From Vitrella brassicaformis CCMP3155 (taxonomy: Eukaryota > Protista > Chromerida), in contig CDMY01000390.1 in NCBI GenBank assembly GCA_001179505.1, positions 1-64,000 on the forward strand: a stretch of 64,000 bases of DNA, in the 5' to 3' direction. This document shows, one piece after another, positions 37,308 to 49,384 of this stretch. A program made the position numbers and the translations under genes. Positions within the stretch are counted from its first letter, which is position 1. The number at the start of each line of letters is the position of its first letter. The notes beneath the pieces were generated by a model. It ran no database searches, was not told where the DNA came from, and worked only from the letters and a program-made list of their open reading frames with translations.

Positions 37308-40300
37308 TGTGCATGTTGGTGTTAGGAGGAGCGAGAGGTGGCCAAGTTGGCAGCAGAGGAGCGTCGTCGTCAGCCGCTGAATGTGACTTACCAGCTGATG
37401 GAGGGGGCCGTCATCACCCTCGACGAGGACATCAAGCAGATGCAGATGCAGGTCATCGCTTACCTCGACAAAAACAGAATGCCTGCAACGTGAGAAGCAG
37501 CCACAACAACAACACCACCCACAGACACAGACATAGACACAGAGGGGAGGGGGAGGGGGATGCGGCACTCGTCCACACGTGTGTGTGTGTTGCGTGTGCA
37601 GCAAGAGGGACGATTATCCCCCCGGCGTCCGCCAGGGCCTCGAGGCAAAAGCCGGTCGGTCGAAGGCCACGCACAACCAACACATGTGCACCTCCCACAC
37701 ACACTCTGCTCTCCCCTGTGTGTGTGTGTGTGTGTCTGTTTATCATGTGTCAGGTCTGATGCGTATGAAGATGATGGGCAAGCGCGTCAACTTCGCCGCC
37801 CGGTCGGTCATCGGCCCGGACCCCTACATCGAACCCAACGAGATCGGCGTCCCCGAGGCGTTCGCAATGGTCCTCACTCTGCCCGAAATGGTCAGCAAAC
37901 CGTGAGAAGGCTCAGAAGCGTACACATGGTGTGATTGTGTGATGGCTCTACTGCACTGCAGGTGACCCCGTTCAACTACCGGTGGCTGCACAAGCTGGTC
38001 ATGAACGGCCCCCAAAAGTACCCGGGAGCAAACATGGTCCAAGACTCGAGGGGCCAGGCGTAAGCTCCACCCCTCCCCCTCCCACCCCCACAAGTGGTCT
38101 GTCTTTCCCACGTCCCTCTGCGTATCCTTCAGGGTGACATTGGTGCGGATGAGCTACTCGGCGCGCCGCGGCATCGCAGGCAAGCTGCTGCTCAAGGGTT
38201 CGAGCGACCGCGCGGCCGAGGCTCCGACGATTGTGTATCGTCACCTGAGGGACGGCGATGTGGTGCTGATGAACAGACAGCCGACGCTGCACAAGCCGGG
38301 CATCATGGCACACGTCGTCAGGGTCATCAAGGTGGGTCTGTCTGCTGGGGCTCGTAGACAGAGGTGCGTGAGTGTGTGTGTCTGTGTGTGGTCTGTGTGG
38401 TTGGTGTGGGTGATTAGGGTGAGAAGGTGCTTCGCCTGCACTACGTCAACTGCAACACGTACAACGCCGACTTCGACGGAGACGAAATGAACCTCCACCT
38501 CCCACAGGTGCGCACACACGCACACACACCCACAGACCTACCACATGGGTATCTGGTCGATAATGCCTTTCTCAGGATCCCATCTCCCGCGCCGAGGCTC
38601 AGCTTCTCGTCAACGCCGACAACCAGTACACAGTGCCCAAAAGTGAGTGTGCGAGCCAGCGATGAGCAATGGGGGGCATCGCTTGTGTGTGTATGTGTAT
38701 GTGTATGTGTGTGGTGTAATCGCAGGTGGCGACCCCATCCGGGGCTTGATCCAGGACCACATCATCGGGGGCACACTCATGACCTCCAGGGGCACCATGC
38801 TGTCCGCACACGAATACACCAACCTGGTCCGTCAGTCAGCCAGCCACCATACCATGCACTCAGACGCTATCTCAGCACACACCTGTGTGTGCGTGTGTGT
38901 GTGTGGTCGGACAGGTGTATGCGGCCCTGCAGACGTTCGTGAACGCGGGCGGCAACCAGACGCCCCTCTCACAGAGAGTCGACAAGAAACCAACCGCCAG
39001 ACACAGGTCAGTCACATCACACACAGACACACACACACGCACGCAGAGAGAGAGAGAGAGAGGGGAGGAGGGTGTGGTGCATTGGCGTGTGAGATGTATA
39101 TGTCTGGATGCCTGCAGTGTGGTTGAGCGTCGGATGTTCATTCACCGCAACAAGCGCATCCTGGTGGAGCCGCCCGCCATCCTCAAACCAAAGCGCGTCT
39201 GGACCGGCAAACAGGCACGCCCAGACCCCCAACCATACCACACCACCACCAGCCACATGAGCCTTCCTTCAAACAGCAGGCCAGGCTGTTGTCGTGTCGT
39301 GTGTGGTGTGGTTGTGCGCACGTGCAGGTGATAACGACAATCCTCAAGACCCTGGTGGACCAGTTCGCCACGCACTCTCTCGGACACACCAAGGGATTCA
39401 GGTAGCTCACATACATGTTGACACATCCGCCACACACCACACCACAAGCCACACCACACACATGCGTGTGTGTCAGAAACTACCGTGGTTTGAACTTCAA
39501 CGGTCGGTCGAAGCTGCCCGGCGACGTGTGGAACGGCGTGCTCGACGGCGACGACGAAGAGGCCGACTGCGTCATACGGTGGGGACTGACTGCAACACAC
39601 ATAGGCATCCATCACACTCACACCCACACCCGCACAGACAGACAGACAGACATTCAGAGAGACCCGCTGTCCTGTGCTGTCTGGTCTGTGGTGTGTGTTG
39701 TGTGTTGTGTGTGTGTCAGTGAGTCTGAGATGCTGCAGGGTCTGATGGACAAGTCCCAGTTCGGCGGGGCCAAACACGGCTTCATTCACCTGCTCTTCGA
39801 CCTCTTCGGACCCAAAATGGCCGGTGGGTGGGTGGGTGGGAAAAGCGGATGGATGGATGCCCCTACCTATGGCTCGTGTGTATGGGTTCGCTCTCCTGTC
39901 ATGTCATCCCCACCCAGGTCTGGTTCTGTCGGCGTTTGGTCGGTGCTTCACGTGCTTCCTGCAGCACCGCGGCTTCAGCTGCAACACGGGAGACCTCTTC
40001 CTCTCACCAGAAGGAGAGCTCGAAAGGTAGGCCTTCCCAGCCACCCCCCTCCCACCCCCCCCACCTCTCTCTCTCTCTCTCTCCATGCATCACTCATTGC
40101 AATGACGATGCCTGCAGGTCTTTGGTGATGCGCGACGTGCACAAGGCGTCCCGTTTCGGCCTGTGGCTGATGGTCCGCCAGCGGCTGCCCATGTGGCCGC
40201 TGCACGTCAAGCTGCAGCAGGAGGTCATGGAGGCCACGCTCTTCAAGCACCGCAGACGCATGATCCGCGCACTCGAGCGGGAGAGGGAGGAGGACGGCAT

Positions 40301-41388
40301 GAACTGGATGCCCTGGACCAAGTACCTCCAGTGGCACAGGATGGGCAGGCCGCCCGTCACGCCAGATCTCATCTACAAGGGAGACCCGGAGGGCAAGCCC
40401 ACCGCTGCTGCTGCTGCTGCTGGTGTCGGTGGTGGGGGCAAGCCGACGCCCATGGACACCACAGCAGCGGCCAAGAGAAAGAAGAAGAGAAGGACGGCAG
40501 ATGGGGGAGGGGAGGGGAAGGGGGACGGTGGTGAGCCGATGGCTGTGGATGAGCCACCAGAGGCAGAGCCGCCACTGCTGCCACACCCGTCGCCTCCCAA
40601 GACCCCCAAGCAGACCAAGAAGAGCAAGCACCCACCACCACCAGCAGCAGCAGCGAAGGAGGAGGAGGAGAAGGAGGAGGAGGAGGAGGAGCCGCCAAAG
40701 ACCAAGAAGAAGCAGAAGAAGGTCACCGGCAGCAAGACCGCCCCTGCGGCCGCCCAGCGGCAACAAGACGACGACCAGCCGATGGAACCACAAGAGGAAG
40801 AGGACCACCAAGATGAGGAGGACAAGGAGGTGTGGGTGGGTGGCAAGGAGATCCTTGAGCTGATGCCCGTGTACGTCTCCAAGACGGAGGGGCTCTTCAC
40901 AGCTAAGGAGCGCAACAGGCTCAGGGACGCGCTGCTGCGGGGCTACCACATGCCCGTCTGGAAGAGGAAGCCGCCTGGGTCGGGGCTCCTGGACAAACAC
41001 GAGACGCCTGAGGAGAAAGCCAAAGAGGGCAAGCCGGGCATCGTCGTCCCGGGGCTGGAGAGACTCATCACGGTGGGGTGGGGGAGCCCACACAGATGCG
41101 CGTGGGGGTGGTGTGGTGTGTGTCCACCGTGTGTGTGTCCACGTGTGTGTGTGTGTGTCCACCGTGTGTTGCGTCAGTTGGGCTGTGAGCTGATGGAGGA
41201 GCATGGGTTCACGAGGTTCCGTCGCAACAAGCAGAGGATCGACTGCATGGTCCAGCGCATGACGCAGAAGAAGGCCTCGCAGTCACAGGAGATCGTCTCG
41301 GGCGGCAAGTAAGCCCTCAGCACCACCATCCTTCCACCAGACAGACAGACAGACCACTGTGTCGGTGTCCGTGGTGTGTACCTTTCAC

Positions 41389-41419
<31 letters not shown>

Positions 41420-44400
41420 AAGGTACCTGCACCGGAAGTTCCCGCGCAACGGCTTTGCCGGGATGGTCATGACTGGTGAGTCAGTGAGCCAGCCGTGAGA
41501 TGAGCCCTGCACATACTGCTCCCACGCACACGCGCCTGTGTCTGTGGCACACACGTGTGTGTGCGTGTGTGTGTGTGTGTGTGTTTTGTAGGTGCGAAGG
41601 GTTCGAAGGTCAACTACTCGATGATCGGTGCGATGCTGTCGCAGCAAGACCTGGAGGGCAGGAGGGTACCCATGATGTTCACCTCCAAGTACGCTCCCTC
41701 CCAACACACCAAACAGGAGAGTCTTTTCCTTCTCTCTGCTCTGCGTGTGTGCAGGGCCCTGCCGTGTTTTGCCAAGTATGATCTGGGTGCGCGCAACGGC
41801 GGCCTCATCATGGACCGATTCCTCACCGGACTCAGGCCACCGGTGTGTGTGTGTGTGTGTGTCTGTGTGTGTGAAGATGCGCGTGGACAGCAGCCCGTTC
41901 TCGTTTTTTTTCTGTTTTGTTTGTGTTGTGTTCCTGTGCCCTGCAGGAGTATTTCTTCCACTGCATGTCTGGGCGAGAGGGGCTGGTAGACACTGCCGTC
42001 AAAACTGCCAAGTGACCAGCAATCCACACACACACACGCCTGTATGCCTGTATGTGAATCTGTGTGTGTGAATGTGTGTGTGAATGTGTGTGTGTGTGCG
42101 TCAGGTCCGGTTATCTGCAGCGGGCGTTGATGAAGACGATGGAGGGCATCACCTCGCTCTACGACAGCACCGTCCGCGACGCTGACGGGCTGGTTCTGCA
42201 ATTCAAATACGGAGAGGACGGCGTCGACGTCATGAAGTCGCCATACGTCGACAAATTCGAGTAACCATTTCAGCCTCACACCACACCCACCTGCACAAAT
42301 GCTTCGCTTCCTCTCTACTCCCCCCCCCNNNNNNNNNNNNNNNNNNNNNNNNNNNNNNNNNNNNNNNNNNNNNNNNNNNNNNNNNNNNNNNNNNNNNNNN
42401 NNNNNNNNNNNNNNNNNNNNNNNNNNNNNNNNNNNNNNNNNNNNNNNNNNNNNNNNNNNNNNNNNNNNNNNNNNNNNNNNNNNNNNNNNNNNNNNNNNNN
42501 NNNNNNNNNNNNNNNNNNNNNNNNNNNNNNNNNNNNNNNNNNNNNNNNNNNNNNNNNNNNNNNNNNNNNNNNNNNNNNNNNNNNNNNNNNNNNNNNNNNN
42601 NNNNNNNNNNNNNNNNNNNNNNNNNNNNCCCCCCCCTTTTCGCCTCTGTCTATCTGTCCATCAGGTATGCGCTTGACAACTTGGCCATACTGCAAAGTCG
42701 CTACAGCACCGACAAGGCCATGTCGACCCCGAACGTCGCCCGCTCCATCCGGCGGGCCGACGACTACTCCAAGCAGGTGGCGCGGGAGTTGCGGTCCATC
42801 AGACAGGCCGTCAAGGAGCGCAACCAGCAGAGGAAGGCCGTCGAGGAGAGGCAATTCGACCTTGGCCCAGCCATCGAGCGGATCGAGACTACCTTCAAGG
42901 ACCCCTGGAAGGAGGTGGACGACCCCGCCCCGTCCAATCCGGAGATGTCGCCGCCTGACCCTTCGGCCGAGAAGTATCATCCCATGGCCAATGTCGGCAG
43001 CACATCCGAGAAGTATCGAGAGAAGATCTTCGAGGTCAGCTCACCTCCCCCACCCACCCACCCACCCACACAGAGAGAGAGAGAGAGCCAACACGTGTTT
43101 GTGTTTTTTGCCCGTGTGTGTGTGTGCGTGTGTGTGTGTTCAGTGGATCAGGGGTAACCCGTTCCTTCTGAAGGACGCCGAGGCTTACATAGCTCAGATG
43201 GGGGAGGAGGGTTTGGAGGAGGAGGACAGCAAGAAGAAGAAGGAGACCAAGATCAAGCACGTGGCACAGGGCAAGCTCATGACGCCCCAGGAGTTCCGCG
43301 TCATGATGATGCTCAAGTACCACGACGGACTCCTCCAGCCAGGCGAGAACGTCGGATGCGTCGCCGCTCAGTCCATCGGCGAGCCCTCCACCCAGATGAC
43401 GCTGAACACCTTCCACCTCGTCAGCACACCCACCCACCCTTACACACGCCCACTCCCTCAATCATTCTTCCTGCTTGGCTCCATTTCGTCCATCAGGCGG
43501 GATCTGGTGGTGCGACGAACGTCACCCTGGGCATCCCCCGGCTAGTGGAGATCCTGCAGCGTGCCAGCCGCAAGCAGAAGACGCCCTTGGCGTATGTGGC
43601 CTTGCGGCGGATCCCCGACTGGCCCGACTTCCAGCGAGTGTTTGGCGAGAGGGCCGGCTACCGCTGCAGGAAGGTCACCTACGCCCACTTCATGAAGGCC
43701 GTCTCCTTCAATAGACAGCTCGTCACAATGGTGCGCCGGCCGCACAGGAAGATCGGCACACATTAAGGGTGATGACGGGGATGGGGCCTTCGTGTGTGTG
43801 TGTGTGTGTGGTCATCTTCTTAAGATGGGTGAGGCGACCCACGGGCTCCCTCAGCGATGGTGGTACTTCCGCATGCGGTTCCACCTGCACGACATCCGGG
43901 AGATCGTGTCGGCCATGCCCTTCATCACCTACGAGCAGATCGAGCAGATGTGCTACCAGAAGTACCTCCCGCGGCTCCTCAAGATCTTCAAGAAGATGTT
44001 CATGGTCTACTTCGACATCACAGAGGAGGCATGGGAGGGCTCCAAGGACTGGGGGCTCAAGGGCGGCAAGAGCAAGGCCGAACAAGCCCGGGAAGCGGAG
44101 GATGCTGCCGGCGGCGGTGGGGACGACATCGACGATGCCGCCGCGGACGAGATGCGCGAGCCAGAGGGGGAGGAGGAGGGCGACAGCGACTTGGAGAGGG
44201 ACGATGAGGCCGTCGACCCCCTCATCGGCGATGACGACGAGGGGCAGGACGAGGGCGCCCCGCGGGACCGCGACGAGGATCTCTATGAAGACGAGGAGGA
44301 CATCCGCAAAAGAAAGCGTCGCCGCAAGAGGCGGGAAGAGGAGGGAGAGGAGGGAGAAGAGGGTGAGGAGGGCTCAGACCTCGACATCGACGAGGAGCTC

Positions 44401-46580
44401 ATGATGGACGAGGGCGATGAAGATGAGGGCGAGGGCGAGGGAGACGAGTCCGACGAATCGGGGAAGGACAAAGACAGCGAGGCTGAGGAACAAGAAGAGG
44501 ATGAAGAGGCAGCAGAGGAGGAGGAAGACCGCCCGGCCAAGAAACCCAAGAAGCCCACACCGCCCCCGGCAGCAGCAGCAGCAGCAGCGGCCGCCGCACC
44601 ATCACCATCCCCCGCGCCAGAGAGCGACGAGGGGGAGGAGCCAGAAGAGGTCGCCGACGAGGACATGGCAGACGCCGACCAAGACCAAGACCAAGACCGA
44701 GACCAGGACATGGCCGCCGCCGAGCAAGAAGACGAGGACGCAGGCGCCCCAGAGGAGAAGGAAGAGGAGAAGCCTCCCGAGAAGCCCAAGGGCTACCGGC
44801 AGGTCGACTGGAAGAAGCCCCTCCGCCCCGAGCGCCTCTCGCCCTTCCGACCCTGGAGCGACAACATCCGGCAGAGAGTGCTTCCCCGGCTAGACCTGCG
44901 CAGCGAGCAGGAGCACCGTCAGTACGGCTACTGGGACGGCAATGCCTATGTGGACCGGCGGGGGTACATCGTGGGGACTGTGGGGGTATTCAAGGCCTAT
45001 GACAAGGAGGAGATGACGTCTGAGGAGTACAAGCCTCTCGAGGTCAGGGGCATCACCTTCAAGACGGAGGTCCTCGACTCACGTAAGCTTGCGGGGTGGG
45101 GGGATGCACAGCAGATACGAGATGGGGTGGACGATGTGTGTGTGTGTGTGTGAGATGCGTGTCAGGCAAGTCGTTGATCCGGGGTCCTATCATGTTCGAC
45201 CGCAAAGGCAGCTGCATGACCCTCGAGTTCAAGTACAACGCCGACCTCTACCCAAAGTTAGCACACACACACGGACAAGAATGCACGAGCGCATTGTATG
45301 TGTGTGTGTGTGTGTCTGTCTGTTGCTGTGTGTGTGCGTACGTTTAGGGCGCTGGTCCCCAAGATCCAATGGCACCGGCCGTTCAGGAAGAAACTCATCT
45401 GCGGCTCGCAAAAAATCTCATGCTCCAAAGTCCTCAAGGTACCCGCGGCACTTACACAACTCTGCGTGTGTATGTGTCTACCCAATGTGTGCTCCGTGTG
45501 TGTGTGTGTGTGTGTGTGTACAGGACAAGGATGGCGGGCGCAACACGGTGACGGGTGCCGAGTACGAGATAGAGTTCAACGGCATCGACTTCGGCATGTT
45601 CGGCAAACTCAAAGACGAATTCATCGACCACACCAAGTTAGTCAGTCACCATATGGCCATCCACGCACACCCACACAGACAGAGAGGTTTGTCGATGCAC
45701 TGTGCGCCTCTGGCTGGCTGCCTGCCAATGTGTGTGTGCAGGACACGGATGAACGACCCCTACATGACGCTGGTGCACTTGGGTGTGGAGGCGTCGCAGC
45801 GCATCATCATTCAAGAGGTACACACGCTACGCTACACTACCCTTCACACATGGGAGGGAGGTATGGGCGGCGGCTGTGGGGGACTGTGTCTGACTCCGTG
45901 TGTCCCTCCAGCTCGAGGCTGTCTTCTCGGTGTATGGCATCAACGTCAGCTTCAGGTGGGTATCCCTTGTAGGCGAGGCGTACGATCAGAGGAATGAACA
46001 TGTTCATGGAGGCGATGATGGAGGGCCTCCGTCCCCTCTGCTGTGTCGGTGCGTGCAGGCATCTGTCGCTCATCGCCGATGTCATGTGCCGCAACGGTGG
46101 GCAGAGCCAGCCAGCCAGCCATGACCAGCTTGCTGACGCCTTACGTTCCATGTCTGCTGTGCTGCTTTGGTTCTGTCTGGTTCGGTCAGGGGACTACCGC
46201 TCCTTCAGCCGACACGGCCTCAAGGTATCCATCCGTCATCCATCCATCCATCCATCCATACACACCACACCACACCACACCGCACCGCACCGCACCACAA
46301 CGCCAACCACTCTCTCTGTCTCTGTATGTGTGCGCCTCAGTATCACCACTCGTCGCTGCTGCGCATGTCGTTCGAGACCGCCCTGGGCAACCTCAACGAG
46401 GCCATCGAGACCGACGCCGCCGACCACCTCACCACCCCGGCCGGCGCAGTGGTGGCCGGCAAGCTGGCCAGGGTGGGGACGGGGACGTTTGACATCCTGC
46501 CGGTGCTGCCCGCTGGCCAGGGGCCCGTCAAGAAAGAGTTCTCCTTCAGAGCCATCAAGATGGAGGAGGACGGAGAGTGA
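35031..46580 (+). CDS. POLR1A: DNA-directed RNA polymerase I largest subunit (RPA190/A190)
   Basis: CPTCG...[138 protein letters not shown]; Pol I-type variants; about 30 introns. Confidence 0.96.
42329..42628. other. Assembly gap (300 N) inside a POLR1A intron
   Basis: Run of N flanked by poly-C on both sides; the flanking exons join in frame. Confidence 0.98.
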
Positions 46581-46799
46581 GTGATCATGGACGGGATTGG
46601 GCATGGTTGTTGGTTGTCGTCTTTGTGTCGTGTTTTATCGGCTGTGGGTGCGAGTTGGTGCTTTGCGACCTTTATTGCATTTGTGGGATTTATGGGGACC
46701 CATATAGACATAATGTGCATTCACAAGGTCACTGTTGGCCGGCGTCGAGTCAATCATTCACGCGTCGATGCGTCGCTTCACCATAGCCATGCAGGCGTC

Positions 46800-47385
46800 T
46801 GTGTGTCTGTGTGTCGACTCGCCGGCCATGTGGTCCTGGACTGAGTACAGCAACAAAATGCCGTCGTGACACTGACACACACCATAATCCGTGTGTGCGT
46901 CTGCGTGAGTCCGTCGAGTGGGAACGGGCCGACCTGTTTGTGTCCGATTCCGTAAGTGACGAGCAGTTTCTCTGCGAACGAGTTGGCGTATGTGTTGAGT
47001 TCCGTTCGTTCGTCGTGCTTGGCCCTCTTCTTGTCCTTGGCGAGTGAGTAGGGCAGCTTGGCCATGAGTGCGATGGCCAGTTGGTAGAAGGTCTTGCCGA
47101 GGCTTCCACAGGCGTGCTGCGTCTCCAGCCTGAACTTGAGCAGTCGCGTGTCGACGTCGTTGGCCTCGTCGTCGGTGAGCCATCCGTCGGGGTCACACAG
47201 CCAGATGGTCTCCCCCGCCTCGGCCGCCTCGCCGCGGTTGCAGCTCGTGGGGTCCAGGAACGGACTCGGGTAAGTGGACAGTGACCACTCCCTGCAAGCA
47301 CCGTATCGCACGGTCACACACACAAAACAGACAGAGAAGGCGTGATGTGGGGATGAGTGAATGAATCAGGGTGTCGTGCTCGGTG
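46800..47385 (-). pseudogene. Truncated duplicate of two exons of the TPM/MOLO-1 gene at 59198-60805
   Basis: Near-identical to ~59905-60490 (few substitutions or indels by eye), including introns; lacks the signal-peptide exon and all TM/3' exons. Confidence 0.85.
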
Positions 47386-47451
47386 TTTGTGTTCCTTTCT
47401 CACTTGTTCTATATATACGGACCGGCACTACATGGCCCCCACATCCATTTG

Positions 47452-48953
47452 TCAGCGCTGCTGGAACTTGAGCACCTCGTCGCCAACACAGACCCAGCCA
47501 GGCCGCAACTCACTGAACGGACATCCATCAAAGACACCCACACACCTTGTTTGCTTGTTGGACTGCCCTTTTCGTTGGAGCCTTACCGTGCAAAAATCTC
47601 CATCATATCAAATGGTCCACTGATCATCCCTTCGCCATTTCCACCACCAAACCCCAATGCCGGGCCGATAACGTGGCGCCACAGCACATCCGGGGGCGGC
47701 TTCCGCGAGTGCTGCCTCTTGGACGACCACACAAGGCGCACCTTCCCCCTCTGATGCTCTGCCGAGGGAGCACATGGCCGTCCGATTATCAGCTGCTCGT
47801 ACGGCTTGCGATGGGGCGACTTGAAGGGGCTGGTTAGCTTCAATCCATTGGTGAAGTCGACCTTGACCCACACGACCCTCAGCATCACTTGACGGATGAG
47901 TTCGCGCGTGACGAAGGCCTCGAAGGCAGGGTTGTTGGTGACCCATACGGCCAGAAGGCCTCGGTCAGGGCAGGGGAAGAACGTGGAGTAGGGCTGGCAG
48001 CGGAGAATCGAGTACAGCTCCTCCTGACCTACATGCATATGCACCCGACGACAACACAGACAGACATACAGACAGACAGTCGAGTCGATTGGAAGAGCAT
48101 GTGACTATCATGTGAGCGCTCACCAGGTCTCTGGTAGGCCTTGCTGCGCTTGACAGAGTGACATCGCCACGGGGGATCCATCTGCAAGATGCACACACAC
48201 AAAGCATCATCTCAACCCACGAATCTCTTCTCTCCTTGCTCACCAGCACGAATCTGAATCCCTCTCTGGGTCTGATAGAGCCCAACCTCTGCCAAGGGTC
48301 CCCTCCCTGCTGATCTCCTGCGGCCGTCAGGCAGGTGAGCATGAATGCTGACCTCTCCGGCACGGAATAGACGCCCTGCCCTCCGTCCCTGTGTGTCAGC
48401 TGGAGGCTGACGGCGGCGTCCGATGAATTGACCACCAGTCTGTCGACGAGCTGACCGATCTCCAGGGGAGTGGCGGAGTGGCTGGGGCTGAGAATGAGGG
48501 GATGGAGGGCGGGCGGACTCCATTGGCGGCACGCAGCCGCCAGGTCCGGCGAATGGTTGTCATCTTCTGGCAGTGGCCTCTTTCGTGCTGAGTCCGAAGC
48601 GGGAGCGGAAGCAGGACCAGGTCCCTCTGCCGAGCCTGTCTGGAGCCACTGCTGAAGCACAGCTAGCTCCTTCTCGATGAGCTCATGAAGCCGCTGTTGG
48701 CTCCACTCCCTCTCATCGTCCTCTGCTGGGAGATCTGCATCTGCCGCTTTCGCCAGATGGGAAGGATGCCCTGGAGCAGGATCTCTCTCATGTAGCAACA
48801 CTGTTGACACTGAAGTGACCCAGTAGGCGCGAAGGAAGGGCATTTGCTCAAAAGTCTCCAAAAGTGTAAGCTCGCAAGTCGATCAGAAGCGGGTCGATCA
48901 GGAGGGGCCGGCAGCAGCCGATCTGGACACAGTAGGCCACATCGCAGCAACAT
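47452..48953 (-). CDS. METTL4: MT-A70 family N6-adenine methyltransferase, METTL4-like; start uncertain
   Basis: Spliced MDPPWRCHSVKRSKAY, LLAVWVTN, VWVKV, HRKPYEQLIIG, HSRKPP, MEIFAR|ELRPGWVCVGDEVLKFQQR*. Confidence 0.85.
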
Positions 48954-49384
48954 CGAGCGACGTTTATCGATTTCTTGCATCATGATTCATCCAATCTTCA
49001 GCCTGAGTGAGTCAACCAAACGTTGTAGCACAAGTGTGCACGTTCCCTCAGAGGGCCTCACTTTCAAACGATCAACAACGGAAGGATACACCGCAGGCAC
49101 CCACCCCCACACACCATCCGATTCATCCATCCATCCATCCGTTTGGTTCTGACAATGGGAGCAAGAACGGGTGGGAAGGCAAGACAGGCAGACAGTCAGC
49201 CACCGACTACCGACTCGACTTCCCAGCCCAGAAATACACAGACGGCGACCGCTTCAACAAAAGAAAAAGGCAAGCAAGCGAGCCCCGCACCCGCCCACCG
49301 CCCGTCGACCGACATGTATGTCCTTCAGTTCAGTTCAGGCTGTGCTGTCGTTGTGTAAGTGTACAGTACGGGTGTGCGTTTGAT

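Noticed and set aside
39975-44790. Long antisense ORFs opposite POLR1A (e.g. 39975-41204, 44283-44789)
   Set aside because: Shadow ORFs caused by GC-rich, low-complexity sense codons.
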